Source: Mobula hypostoma
Taxonomy: Eukaryota
Length of the DNA: 64,000 nucleotides
Direction of reading: 5' to 3'
Assembly: GCF_963921235.1 (NCBI RefSeq)
Contig: NC_086107.1
Span: 115,322,001-115,386,000, forward strand
Position numbers and translations under genes: made by a program
The notes under the pieces: model-generated
The model's database searches: none
What the model was told of the DNA's origin: nothing
What the model saw: the letters and a program-made list of their open reading frames with translations, nothing else
Shown here: positions 1 through 12,130 of the stretch, piece after piece
Layout of the letters: each line of letters starts with the position of its first letter
How positions within the stretch are numbered: the stretch's first letter is position 1

Positions 1-76
1 GTCCGTTAACTAATTTTATCCGACCCAGGGAAATGTAAGCCTGTTTGTAATTCACAAGATCTCAGATTGTGCCGTA

Positions 77-190
77 ACACACATCAAAGTTTCTGGTGAA
101 CGCAGCAGGCCAGGCAGCATCTCTAGGAAGAGGTACAGTCGACGTTTCGGGCCGAGACCCTTCGTCAGGGCTAACTGAAGGAAGAGTTAG
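77..190 (-). mobile_element. Penelope-like element 3' end fragment
   Basis: Near-identical to 5435-5545, the terminus of the GIY-YIG-encoding element; contains a hammerhead core. Confidence 0.75.
137..172 (-). ncRNA. minimal hammerhead ribozyme (Penelope type), one stem I mismatch
   Basis: Minus strand agcc-CTGACGA-agggtctcggccc-GAAAC-GTC-gact. Confidence 0.6.
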
Positions 191-689
191 ATTGTGCCGT
201 GTATGCTTTCATATACCGTTGAGTCAGGGTTCATGGGGTACCTGCTTCAGGATCAAGCATTGTGAGGGGCGTCGAGCCGGAGTGGAATACATCCGCCGTA
301 CTTTCAAATTATTTCTTTACACAATTTATTTCTGTAAATGGAATGATTTCGTCCTAAAACGAAAAAGAGCGTAGAGAACATCTGTCAGTAGACTATAAAA
401 AGACCATATCTATTATTGAAAAAATTATACCAAGAATCTCACCGGCCGACTACTATATCCAATGTCAGTGGGCACCTGGACACTACGGCAGAGGCGAAAC
501 TCTGCTGGAAATGTAAAATGTACACAATACATTGCGGAGAAAGGGAGACACTTCTAGATCTCACTCCTAGGTTCCAATAATACTGACCCACTGATGTCCC
601 CTTGAATAGTCCCAGTCGCCAAAACTAGAGAGAAAACGGACAGCCTAACCGTGTGTGGATGCTATGTAATTTGCAACCCTTTTACAACT

Positions 690-1075
690 TAGTGGCAAGA
701 AGCAACAGACAGCACACTGCATACGATTAAAGGAATTATATTTATGAATCTTAACTAAAGGGTTAGTAAAGAAAAGAAAGAAGAAACAAAAAGGCCATAT
801 TATAATTAAACCGTCCAATGTGCACCAGTTGGAGCTCAATTCACAGATCCTCAGTCGATTTCGCCGTCCGGCTCCATCAAATCACGATCTCCCAAACAGG
901 TCGTATCCTACGACCGGTTTCCTCCAGTGTCATCAACTTCACCTCCCGCCGAATGAAGGACCCAGCTCAAATGGCAAAGCACCCGTTATCTCTAACCATA
1001 CTCCAGACACAAAGACCACTGCGTTAGCAGTGAAACCTTCCCAGGGTGCTACACCTGCAACTATTACTTCAAACA
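690..1075 (-). mobile_element. LTR-like repeat, inverted homolog of 29333-29822
   Basis: Shared blocks such as catacgattaaag, taactaaagggttagtaaagaaaag and tgtgcac...ggagctca in reverse complement; ends approximate. Confidence 0.5.
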
Positions 1076-2929
1076 TGGCTGAGGTTTACAAATGGAATGT
1101 CTCTATTTCTTATTTTCAGGACTCCCAGCTTCTGGCTGCGCATGCCGCCCCGAACTCTGCACCCACTCCCACGGGGGGTGAGGCGGTGAGGTTCGTTAGA
1201 GGATTTCGCATTATTAATCTGAATATACCAGATAGTGTGCGTGTGTGTGTGTACAAGTTCTATATCCTAATCAGACCCATACTGCTTCCTGTATCGTTCC
1301 GTCTTGTCATCGGTATGACCTATTAAAATCGTCAGAGGTTTATAGATCTCTTCGAGATCGTCCAGTCTATTGTCAGAAAGACAAGCCCCTCTAACTTTAC
1401 CAATATCAATAGAACCTCAGACATTGAAAGCAAAGACCCGTTAAAAATATTATTGTACGTTCTCTAATGAAGAGATGTTTTCTTTACAAAATATGCACCG
1501 AGAATTATTTGGGAACTAACTACGGACCAGGTTTTGCAACATCACAAACTTGTTTATATTTGTCTTTTTTTCCCTGGAATTTACGTCTTGTTTTGTGTCG
1601 CCCTTTTCCTTCACAGAACTGTGTAATTTACCTATAATTGATATTCTTGTTTCTCAGTCTACGACCATGTGACGCTGCAGTAAGAACGTTTTTCACTGTC
1701 TATACCCCGTCGTACCGTGTACGTAACAACTTTAAAACCCTTGTCTTTTCAGATCTAGAGATGATCTCCGGAGCAGACAGCTATTGTATGTTTCAGTTAT
1801 AATTGCCTCTCTCGCCAACGTTGCTAGCCGCAGTACTTCGTCAGTAAACTTTACCGTTTACTGTTCGTTTTGGTACACACTTCACAATCATTTTAAATTA
1901 TATTTTATTACTTTATTTTTGGTAATGTTTTGTTTTATGTGCTGTGTCGGATATATGTAGCGTGGGTGCACCGTGGCCCGGAGGAACGTTGTTTCATTTG
2001 GTCGTATATATATATATATACCGTCCGATGACAAAAACCTTGAACTTAAACTACTTCTATTCTAATCACGACGGAGTAGTCAGCAAAATGGTGTTCTGTG
2101 AATGTGCATATTCTTTCTGCAACTTTGTGATCTTCCCAGAATCATTTGAATTCTTCTCATATTCTAAAATAGTGCGTGTTATTGGGATAGTTATCGACAG
2201 TAAAACTTTCCTAGCATGCAGCTGATTGCTGGAATCGGGGATGGATGAGGAATGAAGCGCTGATATGAAAATAAGGGGAAGAAAATGGATTCAGGCGACA
2301 ATAATATAAAGCGCGAATCTGATGCTCAGTACGGACTCAGTGGGTGGAGGTGTCTGTTTCCATGTTGCCTTGACTTAGGCTAATCAACGTTCCCTCTAAT
2401 TTTGTTTTACGGCTGCACAGACCATCCATTGTTCTGAGTAGGAAGATGTTACACGGCCTGAAAATTGCACGGCACTTTTTTTTGTAATATGTGAGCTATG
2501 AATACTCACTAGACAGCGTGGGCGTTCTGTGGCCCGACGGTTTATTAACAATGAGTTACCAACTTCCATTCTGTGCTTATTGTTACAATTTGTAGCAGTG
2601 TTATAACTTGAAACACTGAAAATGTAAATACGCTGAAGCTCTGAAATATTTCAGAGTAAAGTCTGTGGTATGTTTATTATTCAGAAACTTTATGGATTAT
2701 ATTCATAAACACATAATTAATTAAAGAGTATTTCACAATTGCATTCACACAGATTTCAAAATAATATGTGCATAATTTCAATATTGCATTAACATTATAT
2801 AAAAGGAATTTCCAGCCGCGTGACAACAAAGGCGATGTGCGCAGGAGCATTTCAGTTAATGCGCGGTCGCGCCCCCGCGTAGTTTAGATCGAACAGCACT
2901 GCTGATTAGCAACACACACAAAAAATGCT

Positions 2930-3614
2930 AAAGGAGCCGGGGAAGATGGCGGCGCGACGCATCTCGCAGCAGCCATTCCGGTGGTGATGTCTGTTATTTG
3001 TCAATTAGGGTGCCGTGCACAATCCTGATTTGATGGAGACGGACGTGAGAGTACGGAGGAACATCTGGTGAAACTTCTGAAATGCCAGCTTCGCTGCTGC
3101 TGCTACTGTGTCGTTCAGAATCTCCGGAGGAGAAGGCCCGAGTCCTCGGCTTTGCTTGTTGCTCGGCGGCCGGGGTGTGGTCGAAGCGCTCGGCAGAGGA
3201 TGGTGCTCGGAGAGGCTGTGTCAGAGGGGCTGGTCGGAGGCTCGAAGTTTTCGGACGGACTCAGAGTCCGCTGCGGTCGGGTGCTTCCAATGGTGCTGCA
3301 TCGGCAAGTTGGCGGTGCTTGGAGGTTCATGGCGGGGAAAGTTAATCCGTTCTGCCGTCTGCGTGAGATGATGAGTCTATCGGGACTTTGAGACTTTTTT
3401 TTTACCGTGCCCATGGTCTGTTCTTTATCAAATTATGGTACTGTATTGCTTTGCACTGTTGTAACTGTATGTTATAATTATGTGGTTTTGTTAGTGTTAG
3501 TCTTGGTTTGTCCTGTGTTTTCTTGTGATATCATTCTGGAGGAACATTGTATCATTTTTTAATGCATTTCTAAATGACAATAAACGAGGAGTGAGTGTCC
3601 TCATAATCTAATCT
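2930..3614 (+). mobile_element. non-autonomous retroelement with YY1-like 5' motif and (AATCT)n tail, inserted in a Penelope end
   Basis: AAGATGGCGGC near 5' end, aataaa plus aatctaatct tail, TSD aaatgct at 2923-2929 and 3615-3621; partial copies at about 41086-41428, 52488-52831 and 63803-64000. Confidence 0.65.
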
Positions 3615-4235
3615 AAATGCTGGTGAACTCAGCAGGCCAGACAGCATCTATAGGAAGAGGTACAGTCGACGTTTCAGTCCGGCACCCTTCGTCAGGACTA
3701 ACTGAAAGAAGAGATAGTAAGAGATTTGAAAGTAGGAGGGGGAGGGAGAGGGGAAGATCTGAAATGATAGGAGAAGACAGGAGGGGAGGGGTGGATCCAA
3801 GAGCTGAAGAAGGGAGAGGGTCTTGGGACGGGAAGCCCGGGGAGAAAGAGAAGGGGGAGGGGAGCCCGGAGGGTGGAGAGCAGGCAAGGAGTTATAGTGA
3901 GAGGGACAGAGGGAGAAAAGAGAGAGAGAGAGAAAACGGGAGGAAAAATTAAAAATATATAAAGTAAATAAATAAGGAATGGGTTGTGAAGGGGAGGAGG
4001 GGCATTAACGGAAGTTAGAGAAGTCAATGTTCATGCCATCAGGTTGGAGGCTACCCAGACGGAATATAAGGTGTTGTTCCTCCAACCTGAGTGTGGCTTC
4101 ATCTTTACAGTAGACGAGGCCGTGGACAGACATATCAGAATGGAAATGGGATGTGGAATTAAAATGTGTGGCCACTGGGAGACCTTGCTTTCTCTGGCGG
4201 ACAGAGCGCAGGTGTTCAGCGAAACGGTCTCCCAG
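3615..4235 (-). mobile_element. Penelope-like element fragment (GIY-YIG C-terminus plus 3' end with hammerhead 3664-3699)
   Basis: Homologous to 5450-6060. Confidence 0.75.
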
Positions 4236-4383
4236 AGGGTTGGTATGTCATTGGCTGATGACACGAGAGTTTGTGTTGTGAATAGTGCAATGTTCCCGTA
4301 GATCAAAACACGATGGAGATAGGACGCGTGTAGAAGTGGCAAGAGGAGTTCAATCATGAAAAGCGTGAGGTGACCCACGTTGG

Positions 4384-4703
4384 TGTGGGCATGTGACCAA
4401 GTGGTTAAGGCATTGGACTAGCGACCTGAAGATCGTGAGTTCGAGCCCCAGCCAAGGCAACGTGTTGTGTCCTTGAGCAAGGCACTTATTCACACATTGT
4501 TCTGCGACGACACTGGTGCCAAGCTCTATGGGTCCTAGTGCCCTTCCCTTGGACAACGTCGGTGTCGTGGAGAGGGGAGACTTGCAGCATGGGCAACTGC
4601 CGGTCTTCCATACAACCTTGCCCAGGCCTGCGCCCTGGAGAGTGCAGACTTTCCAAGCGCAGATCCATGGTCTCGCAACACTAACGGATGCCTTTACTTG
4701 ATA
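4384..4703 (+). mobile_element. tRNA-derived SINE with CORE-like body
   Basis: A box TGACCAAGTGG, B box GAGTTCGAGCC, gtgtccttgagcaaggcactt body; 8-bp TSD cacgttgg at 4376-4383 and 4704-4711. Confidence 0.75.
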
Positions 4704-5097
4704 CACGTTGGAAGATCTAACTTGCAGACAGAGTAGAATATCAATGGCAGGATCTTTAGTAGCGTGGACGAGCAGAGAAACTTGGGGCACAAGTCTATTG
4801 ATCCGTCAGAGCTGTCGTGAATATTGATAGGATGTTTAAGAAGATGTAAGGATTGGGACTTTGTACCTGTGCAGTATTCTGGAGTCTGTGCAAGTTGAGT
4901 TCTTCAAAAGTTCTTTCAATGTTGCACTTGTTTTGCTATCTGTCACGTTATATGCGGTCGTAGGTGTCTGTACTGTAATACCATCAACGTTTCCATGAAA
5001 TCTCTCTCTCTCTCTGGCGTCCTCTCCTCCCCATTTCTCTCTCTCTGGATTTCTCTCCTCCCCACTCTCTCTCCTTTTCGCTCTGTTTGCCTTCCAG

Positions 5098-5400
5098 CCA
5101 CACTGCTGACGATTGTGATCCTCTCCCGAGGAAACTGCGGCCTTCCGAAGTGTATTACCGTCTCTATGAAGGCAATGGCAACAGCGGACTTACTGATCAT
5201 GAATATCAATGTAATAATATATCATAACCTAATGCGTCACTTTCCGAATTCATTCTTACCACACACCCTTGCTTGTAGGTTCCTCTTGTACCTAACTTTT
5301 GTTAACTTTGATTTGTCGGTCTGGTTTACAGTTAGCTTCACCTTTGACCGTTTTGTTGCTCTCTGTTTCCAAAAATTCAAAACGAAATATTGCACGAAGA
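5098..5400 (+). pseudogene. GPR139-like class A GPCR exon 2, truncated after TM3/ICL2 by a Penelope-like insertion
   Basis: Polypyrimidine tract plus ttccAG (5096-5097) at the same phase-1 position as the paralogs; encodes TLLTIVILSRGNCGLPKC...AMATADLL...SVWFTVSFTFDRFVALCFQKFKTKYCT; the GPCR sequence does not resume after the insertion; exon 1 not found. Confidence 0.8.
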
Positions 5401-6260
5401 ACAACAGGAATTCTGCAGATGCTGGAAATTCAAGCAACATACATCAAAGTTGCTGGTGAACGCAGCAGGCCAAGCAGCATCTATAGGAAGAGGCGCAGTC
5501 GACGTTTCAGGCCGAGACCCTTCGTCAGGACTAACTGAAGGAAGAGTGAGTAAGGGATTTGAAAGCTGGAGGGAGAGGGGGAGATGCAAAATGATAGGAG
5601 AAGACAGGAGGGGGAGGGATAGAGCCGAGAGCTGGACAGGTGATAGGCAGAAGGGGATACGAGAGGATCATGGGACAGGAGGTCCGGGAAGAAAGACGGG
5701 GGGGGGGTGACCCAGAGGATGGGCAAGAGGTATATTCAGAGGGACAGAGGGAGAAAAAGGAGAGTGAGAGAAAGAATGTGTGCATAAAAATGAGTAACAG
5801 CTGGGGTACGAGGGGGAGGTGGGGCCTAGCGGAAGTTAGAGAAGTCAATGATCATGCCATCAGGTTGGAGGCTACCCAGACGGAATATAAGGTGTTGTTC
5901 CTCCAACCTGAGTGTGGCTTCATCTTTACAGTAGAGGAGGCCGTGGATAGACATGTCAGAATGGGAATGGGATGTGGAATTAAAATGTGCGGCCACTGGG
6001 AGATCCTGCTTTCTCTGGCGGACAGAGCGTAGATGTTCAGCAAAGCGGTCTCCCAGTCTGCGTCGGGTCTCACCAATATATAAAAGGCCACACCGGGAGC
6101 ACCGGACGCAGTATATCACCCCAGTCGACTCACAGGTGAAGTGATGCCTCACCTGGAAGGACTGTTTGGGGCCCTGAATGGTGGTAAGGGAGGAACCCTC
6201 CTGGCACTTATCCGTGTAAGTGGAACAAGTGCTACACATGCCCTTACACTTCCTCCCTCA
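5401..6260 (-). mobile_element. Penelope-like retroelement, 5'-truncated, GIY-YIG endonuclease domain, with inverted 5' segment 6196-6260
   Basis: ORF 5826-6239 has GVIYCVRCSRCGLLYIGETRRRLGDRFAEH (GIY-YIG); 6197-6259 on + encodes PPGTYPCKWNKCYTCPYTSSL. Confidence 0.85.
5497..5532 (-). ncRNA. minimal hammerhead ribozyme (Penelope type)
   Basis: agtc-CTGACGA-agggtctcggcct-GAAAC-GTC-gact: intact core, stem I agtc/gact, stem II hairpin. Confidence 0.7.
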
Positions 6261-7552
6261 TCTATGGCATCCAACTATGGCAGAGTCATCCGAAAATAAT
6301 AATCTAATAATCTAATCTCTTGTAGGACTGAAACATATGATCTTCACTTCCGTTCTCTGACTGATGAAGGCCAGCCTGCCAAAAAGTCTTCTTCACCGCC
6401 CTGTCCTACCGCGATGGAACCACGTACTTACATCTCTAGCTCCATATATTCCAGGGCCTTGCTGCTGATTGCGAATGTCCAATCCTGATTTGTATTCACA
6501 ATATGTAACACCGAGTTGTTATCCAAGCTAAATTCCGTTTGCCATCCTCGGCCCACTTACCACTACTTACTGCCTCTCTATAAATCCAAGCGAGAATCTC
6601 CATTGTCACAGACACCAGAAATGCTAGTGTCATCCTGACCACACCTTTCCATTTTCGTGCAGATCTTTGTTATAGACAACAAATAGCAATGGACCCCTGG
6701 GCACATCAGTAATGACGGACCCCAGTCTGAAAAGCAATCTTCCCTGTACTTTCTGACATAAACCAGCTGAGGATCCAGCTCTCCATTAATCTTACATGAT
6801 CTCATTTTCACTTCAGCCCGCCATGCAGAGCCTTATTAAACGATTTACTGACCCATATCGACCATGTTCTCCACCCCGGCCTTGCCGAACTCTTTAGTTA
6901 CTTCAAAAATATTGAAGCCAATTCATGACAAATAATCTCTAGCGCGCAAGTACGTGGCCTGCTTATGAAAATACTTGTACCTTTTAACCCTTACAACCCC
7001 CTCGAGTCACTCATTCTGCTGTATCTCTCCCTCAGCCGTTGGGACAGCACTAAGCACCTTGTCAGCACGACTGGGCCAGGAAAAACGGACCCAGCGGAGA
7101 GTGCAAATCTGACTTTGGGCCTGGGATTCGTTGGTCATTTAGGAGAGAAGTTAAATCAGGGTGGCAGGGCTGGCCGAAGTGACTCACCAGTTGAGACAAC
7201 GAGGTGCTGACCGCCAAGCCAAACCCAAAGGGAAGATCGCTTATCCGATGGAGAAGTCAAGGAAGTGGCTAGGGTAGTGTGATAATCACATTCAGTGGCA
7301 AGCCCAATTCAGGCAGAAAGAATAGGTGTCTGCACTCCCGGCGACCATTCAGTAACTCGCCGCAGACAGCCAGAATCAGGCGGCAGCCACCCCGCTCTCA
7401 CGGCAGCTGATCAGCGGCTTTCTGACAGGCCAGTCCCGCTCGCAGGATCGGCACCTTTCACATCCTGCTCTCGAACCGTCTCACCAGCCTCAGCCGCTAA
7501 TGCTCCGGTAAAAGTGACAGCTCCCGGACCTGAATCGAGAATTCCTCCGTGA

Positions 7553-7789
7553 TGATGTGTTTTTTTATGGCTTTTACGAGGCGCAGAGCGAGAGAGAGAG
7601 AGACTGTGTAGCGCGCCACTCCTCACACAGTCATTTTTGCACTATTTTCTCTTTAATTTACGAGGTCGAGTTGCGACACTCAACCCGGCACGGATGAAAA
7701 GCGTACTCGGGAGCGGACCCGACTTGTTTCGAACCCGGGAAACTGCGCTCCCGGGTCCGGCGCCGATTTCGTTGCGCCACCAGCCGGCC
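7553..7789 (-). mobile_element. tRNA-derived SINE
   Basis: Minus strand GGCCGGCTGG-TGGCGCAACGA (A box) ... GGTTCGAAAC (B box), (CAT)n tail, TSD cgtga at 7548-7552 and 7790-7794. Confidence 0.7.
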
Positions 7790-8326
7790 CGTGAGATGAC
7801 TTTCCAAGAGCAGCCGGTCGGTTCGCTGATGATGGGTGACAGGTCGCTCTATCCCCGGCCTTGGGTAGCAACGCAATATTTTCACAACCCCCAGTCAACA
7901 TAGACTTAAATTTTTACAATCTTACCATTTGGTGCCATATTTCGCATGGCGGCGTGGAGGGGTGAAAGACCGTAGCGTACAAAACCGCTCCCATACACCA
8001 ACAACCACACATTCACAGTAATTATTTGCCATAACTAATCCGCCAATAACACACACAGACACACACACACATACAGAGAATAACAATGAAGTTTATTAAA
8101 TCTGATGCATAAACGTTTATTTGTTTAATGCTTGCTGTTGGTCCGTTTGTCCGTTCATTTGTATCTGGTTTGGCGGTTCTGGTACGACCTCGGCAAAACC
8201 GAGGCTTTGCTTTCAGGCGGGTGCTATAAATTCTCGAGAGAAACTACACGCCGGCAGCGCGCAGAAGGGACAGATCGTGGACAATTGGGGAAGGGCGGCG
8301 TGGGAGGGCGTGAACAATGGCTGAAA

Positions 8327-9850
8327 TGTACGTAAGAGGTGGAAATAAATACAACAGACGTCATGCGATGGTTTAGAACCTGTTTAGAAATTACGATTTA
8401 TAATTGTATTACGTGGTCGGTAATACTTCCCTTGTGTGTTAATTAATTGAATTTCGCCGAGGTTGTATATACGAGTGAACGGAAAAAGGCCTCAGTGTAT
8501 CCCCTAGAGGTGGTTGGAGATAGATGGTAATTGTAGTAGGTGCCTCTGAACCAAGTTGAGGAAGGAATTGAATATTGGTTATAGTGTTTAAATATATTAT
8601 ATTATATTATACGTATTATATATTAGCTATACTTACATAATGTATAGTTTGTTTGCTGTCTCTTTCCATCACTGTACATATACTTCCACATTTTGTGACC
8701 ATGTGAAAAACTAAATAAAGCTTCTGCACCCGCTATCGCGGCGGAGTCAGTTTTTTTTCCGGGAGAAGTAGCGCCCTTACAAGGCCTTTACATCACAACT
8801 GGCTGACAGAGTGAATTTCTAAGGCGGACCCCAAGTCAGCTTGTTCAACGTTCGATTAGATCAAATTCCCCGTCCAGACCAGTCTTTTCAGCAATTTGTA
8901 GTCGAGTTTGAGAGAGTGTTTAATCTTCCAGTACGGGGTCAGTAGGTTGCCCGCGGATTCCCGGACTTGCGCCCGGGAAAAGGGGCGGCGAGGGACAATG
9001 CAGTAAGGTTCCACGCGCTTGCCGATGAGGCGGGGTTGAACGAGAGATCCCTCATTACTAATTTCCAGTATCGGCTGAGCGCCGTGGTCCGGCGTGAGAT
9101 CTCAGTGCGTGACGAACAGGACAGCCTGGATGTCCTATCAGTCTGGCTATTTGAACAGACAACCGGACAACTGTGTGGCGCAGAGAGGGAATGCCCGGAG
9201 CTTCCTACTCTTTAGATCACCGCCTGTGTTCAGCTTCTCTCTCAACACGCAGTGCACAGTCCGCGAAGGAGCACGTACCGATGGGTCATGAGCAACGACA
9301 GCAGTCTGCTGCCTCTAGTCTGGTCATCCAGGACACTTACAGGCATTATGTCTCAATCGCCCACTAAAAGAGGATAACCGTTAGCAAGAAGAGGAATTTT
9401 GATGGGTCGATTCTCCTTGCAAGCATCTTCTCCTAATCGAAAGACGCTCCCAGCTCCCCCGTCGTCTGGATCACAGACCCACGAGCTTCAAGCATTTCCT
9501 ACTATGGGACCGCCGAGACATTCGTGGACACTCTTCTGGCTCTAAGATGGGGAGCCCCCACTCAGCAACTCAATATTAATGTCAAAGCTCCGGATGGTCG
9601 TCTTCTGGGCACCGGCAGGATCAACCTTTCCGCAGCTCCAGCTTGCGCTAGAAGGCAAACAGGCACCAGCTCCCTTTCTGTCTTGTTGATTCAGTTGAAC
9701 TGCCGCTGGAGCTCGGCTCGGCCTTCCCTGCCTATGCGAAGTCGCCCACGGAAAGGCGCTCCGAGCGACAATCGGCATGTCTGTCCGCCTGACCCGGCAG
9801 CGTTCCAGCTGAATATGTTGATATTCCTGAGGTGTTAATTGAGAAGAAGG
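8327..9850 (+). mobile_element. degenerate Ty3/gypsy-type LTR retrotransposon (possible LTR 8327-8781, gag and protease remnants)
   Basis: DNAVRFHALADEAGLNERSLITNFQYRLS resembles retrotransposon gag; NVKAPDGRLLGTGRI resembles the protease region; TGTA...TTACA segment with aataaa upstream. Confidence 0.5.
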
Positions 9851-9879
9851 CCGCCTTCTTGCGCGCACACTGTGATAGT

Positions 9880-10258
9880 TACTACCCTTCTCCCTTCTCC
9901 CTTTTTCCATTCCTCCATCGGGTTACTTTTTCAGCCGGTCTCTCACCCTCATCTGCCCATCGTCCCACTCTGGTTCCCTTCAGAGTTCCCTTTCTTCCGC
10001 GGTCCTCTCCTATTCGATTACTTCTTGTTCGGCCCTTTACCTCTTCCATTCCCAACTTCTTACTTCATTCAACCACACACCCGCATTCCCCCTCACCTGG
10101 TCTGACATTGTACTTACCATCTTGAAGCCCCCCGCCCACCACCGCATTCTAACTTCAGCCCTCTTCCGTCCTAGTTCTGATGAAGGGTCTCGGCTTGAAA
10201 CCTCGTCGGTTCACTCCCTCCACAGAAGCTGCCTGACTTGTTGAGCTCCCTCAGCACT
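9880..10258 (+). mobile_element. degenerate Penelope-like 3' end
   Basis: Pyrimidine-rich tract followed by CTGATGAagggtctcggcttGAAAC and gctgcctgacttgttgag. Confidence 0.55.
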
Positions 10259-11344
10259 CCGCGTCCTCACGATTATTAATCAATGCCTCTATAACGTGAT
10301 GTAAAATATTTCAAGACTGAGTAATTTATTGCGCTGATGCTGGTCGCACGGAATTTGAGCGGATAAACGCCCGTCCGTAAGAAAACACTACTATTCCTTG
10401 CGTCCGATTGTCATGATGTTGCTCCTATAGTTCACAGGGATTTGATCTGGGACCTCGGCTTTCTAGACTATACGCACAGCACTTGGATGAAGGCAATGCA
10501 GGTCTGGTTGCTGTATTCGCTGACAACATTTCTGATATGTAGGAAAGAAAGCGGCGGAAAAGGGAGACTGTAACACGCAGGAGAAATCTTCGGTCAGTTC
10601 GCGAAGATATGGCAAACTGCAATACGAGAATTGTGAAATATGTATACAAATGAAGCGTAGAATTTAATTATGAATTTTAGATTGCATGTGATCTATTATT
10701 CTGGGTCGTACCGTCATAATTCAGTTACATTGGACGTCTTCCTGAACATGCATTCCTGCATCCATCTCCTCCTCTGAGAAGGGCGCTTTGGCAGAAAATC
10801 AGAGGAGTTATCACGGACAAACTGATGTTCTTTGACACATAACGTAAGAGTGGAGACGCTCGATTTCTACCCGTTGGAGTTTACAAGAGGACAGGATATG
10901 CAGTAACCTGAGGGTCATTGACACAGTGAATAGGAGCAGGGTGAGGGATGAGGGATTTTAAAACTTGAGGTAACAAATAAACGGCAATGCCCCCTTTCCC
11001 AGAGCATTTCGACTCTTTGCGACCTTCCCTCGAAGCAGCGGACAGCAGAAATTTCTTTATCCCAGAAAAAAACTGAGATATCGGCCAGGAAAGCCAGGAC
11101 CAAATGACTAACCGGTTGCCAAGAGTGTTAAGTTGAGCTGACAGTGAGGTGAGACGCAATAGTATTGAGTGAGAAGGCAGCGCCTAGGATGCAGAGCGCA
11201 GCCTAAGACGATCTATTGAATTAGTTCCTCAATATATAGACAACAATGTCACAGAGCCTTTCAGAGTGGACAGCCAGAAACCACGAAAAAAGCCTAAATT
11301 TGCTGAATAACCAAGATTGAACGAAATCAGCTCAACAATGCGAA

Positions 11345-11749
11345 CAGTCATAGTCATAGTCATACCTTATTGATCCCGGGGGAAATTGGTTTTCGTTACA
11401 GTCGCACCATAAATAATAAATAGTAATAAAACCATAAATAGTTAAATAGTAATATGTAAATTATGCCAGGAAGTAAGTCCAGGACCAGCCTATTGGCTCA
11501 GGGTGTCTGACCCTCCAAGGGAGGAGTTGTAAAGTTTGATGGCCACAGGCAGGAATGACTTCCTATGACGCTCTGTGTTGCATCTCGGTGGAATGAGTCT
11601 CTGGCTGAATGTACTCCTGTGCCCACCCAGTACATTATGTAGTGGATGGGAGACATTGTCCAAGATGGCATGCAACTTAGACAGCATCCTCTTTTCAGAC
11701 ACCACCGTGAGAGAGTCCAGTTCCATCCCCACAACATCACTGGCCTTAC
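11345..11749 (-). mobile_element. Rex1/Babar-type LINE 3' fragment
   Basis: Encodes ...LHAILDNVSHPLH...RHRKSFLPVAIKLYN; (CTATGA)n tail; near-identical to 14462-14863. Confidence 0.75.
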
Positions 11750-11773
11750 AACTGAAGAGTATGTTTTGCTGAC

Positions 11774-11997
11774 GTTTGAAACAAAATGACTTTTGCAGGA
11801 GGAACGCCACTCGAATTTTTCATCTCTCTATCTTCCCAGAATTCCAGACTCGAGAATTTCCCAATTAACTGCCTGCACAATCAATACAGTGGGATTTGAC
11901 AGGGCTGTCGTTCTCGGTTTGTGCCTGATTGTAAAATCTCTATTTTTAACACTGCAAAACACCGTCAGTCCCTGTGGAGATCCTAAGCCGTATAAAA
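11774..11997 (+). promoter_or_regulatory. proximal promoter of GPCR gene 2: conserved upstream block, GTCCCTGTGGAGATC (11968-11982), TATA box (11991-11997)
   Basis: Same motifs in the same order and spacing upstream of the paralog at 33745-33967 (-). Confidence 0.7.
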
Positions 11998-12063
11998 ATG
12001 CTGGCATTTTCTGTGCGAAAGGCTCATGCAGAGGGTAATTGAACTCCTCCTTTTGCAGAGAAA

Positions 12064-12130
12064 ATGCTGGAAAGATATTTAAGTGCGGAGAAAATTTTGT
12101 ACGTGATTATTGTTGTCGTTGGAGTTCCCG
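12064..12130 (+). CDS. GPR139-like class A GPCR, exon 1 (MLERYLSAEKILYVIIVVVGVP)
   Basis: ATG at 12064 downstream of TATA; donor G|gtaagt at 12131; homologous to exon 1 of the paralog at 33600-33666. Confidence 0.85.

Noticed and set aside
820..1326. 168-aa ORF or exon 1 of GPCR locus 1
   Set aside because: Overlaps an LTR-like repeat and lacks the GxP|gtaag exon end and promoter motif seen in the paralogs
4387..4460. tRNA gene (also 7715-7789)
   Set aside because: A and B boxes are followed by SINE bodies and flanked by TSDs; no complete cloverleaf seen
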